Origin: Clostridia bacterium
Lineage (GTDB): Bacteria > Bacillota > Clostridia > Christensenellales > QALW01
DNA length: 64,000 nt
Assembly (NCBI GenBank): GCA_045594045.1
Contig: JAZNXV010000034.1
Location: 1,075 to 65,074 of the forward strand
Direction: 5' to 3'
Below the pieces are notes generated by a model. That model was given only the letters and a program-made list of their open reading frames with translations. It was not told the DNA's origin and made no database searches. The translations under genes were made by a program, and so were the position numbers. The first letter of the stretch is position 1, and each line of letters opens with the position of its first letter. This document shows positions 63,320-64,000 of this stretch, one piece after another.

Positions 63320-64000
63320 ATGTATTGTGTTAATTGCGGCGTAAAGCTTTCTGCATCAGAAACGGTATGCCCACTGTGCGAAACAAAGGTTATTAGGCAC
63401 CCTGAAATACAATATGATGTTGCTGAAAAACCGTATCCGTCAAACCGATACCCAAAACTTGAATTACGCCCTTCGGCATGGATTTTTATTGCAACTGTGC
63501 TTGTGTTGATGGTAGCTTCAATTGTTTTTGTGTGTGATTATAAAATAAACGGGTCGATTACCTGGGCAGGTATAGTTATAGGCGCTCTGACCCTGATATA
63601 TTCGTGCGTCGTATTGCCGTGCTGGTTCAGAAAGCCAAATCCCGTTATTTTTGTTCCTATAGATTTTGCGGTGCTTGGTGCGTATCTGTTTTATTTGAAT
63701 TTTTTAACTGACGGAAATTGGTTTTTAACCTTAGCACTTCCTATTGTTGCGGCATTAGGCGTTATTACAACGGCGGTAGTTACTCTGCTCAAATACATAC
63801 GTAAGGGTAGGTTTTTCGTGTTTGGCGGCGGAAGTATCGCTCTCGGCTTAATGGTACCGTTACTTGAGCTTTTACTTAATGTAACCTTCGGTCAGCCCAT
63901 AATATTATGGTCGCTTTTTCCTCTCGGCGTACTGTTCTTGTTCGGTATGTTTTTGATTATAGTGGCAATCTGCCGCCCTGCGAGAGAAGCTCTTGAGAAA
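63320..64000 (+). CDS. zinc-ribbon membrane protein, 3' end outside window
   Basis: AAAGGAG RBS. MYCVNCGVKLSASETVCPLCETKV forms a CxxC...CxxC zinc ribbon, followed by at least 5 TM helices. The frame stays open to the window end and the ORF is absent from the ORF track. Confidence 0.7.
   Translation, partial: MYCVNCGVKLSASETVCPLCETKVIRHPEIQYDVAEKPYPSNRYPKLELRPSAWIFIATVLVLMVASIVFVCDYKINGSITWAGIVIGALTLIYSCVVLPCWFRKPNPVIFVPIDFAVLGAYLFYLNFLTDGNWFLTLALPIVAALGVITTAVVTLLKYIRKGRFFVFGGGSIALGLMVPLLELLLNVTFGQPIILWSLFPLGVLFLFGMFLIIVAICRPAREALEK

Noticed and set aside
1-64000. Window-wide look for CRISPR arrays, transposases, integrases, phage genes, toxin-antitoxin pairs and known defence systems.
   Set aside because: I found none by eye. 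No regularly spaced repeats are present, and no DDE, tyrosine-recombinase or serine-recombinase-like ORFs appear in the track.

Overview
The window looks like a chromosomal segment of a low-GC, spore-forming Firmicute, probably a gut or rumen member of the Clostridia. That placement is an inference from the gin gene, T-box and L20-leader control, the IOR/PaaK genes and the AT-rich intergenic regions. I support about 60 protein genes, 2 tRNAs, 3 cis-regulatory RNAs (ileS T-box, cobalamin riboswitch, L20 leader), one decayed pseudogene, and many sigma-A-like promoters and intrinsic terminators. I saw no transposase, integrase, CRISPR array or recognisable defence gene. Layout: (1) 152-3758, a heterodimeric ABC exporter pair. 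(2) 4060-16497, one 12.4-kb glycan-uptake-like operon with a 1097-aa substrate-binding protein, two permease pairs, an NHL-like propeller protein, a Yip1 membrane protein and a ~900-aa lipoprotein, but no ATPase and no recognisable glycoside hydrolase. (3) 16569-19165, gin followed by the most unusual locus. This is an unannotated 40-codon gene for an acidic peptide with a lasso-type leader. It is divergent from a PqqD-like RRE, RmlA and HPr-kinase-like operon, and no lasso cyclase, leader protease or exporter lies nearby. (4) 19172-24092, a pseudouridine synthase, a methyltransferase and a type-2 ileS. (5) 24197-30773, a B12-riboswitch unit, a PBP, an orphan EIIC and small genes. (6) 30784-34978, an ABC exporter and a sortase locus with a non-LPXTG substrate. 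(7) 34987-38928, infC (ATT start), rpmI, rplT, trmH-like, yebC and a hydrolase. (8) 39033-47706, a LytTR/ABC-2 unit, a BNR pseudogene, a PAP2 phosphatase, an importer without a binding protein, two tRNAs and an AEC transporter. (9) 47860-56694, degV and marR, then an arylpyruvate/arylacetate operon. (10) 57123-64000, asnA, a TSCPD protein, rhaM, a GATase-less guaA, an orphan gene, an esterase-acyltransferase fusion and a zinc-ribbon membrane protein. All family assignments come from motifs read by eye in the translations. No database search was run.
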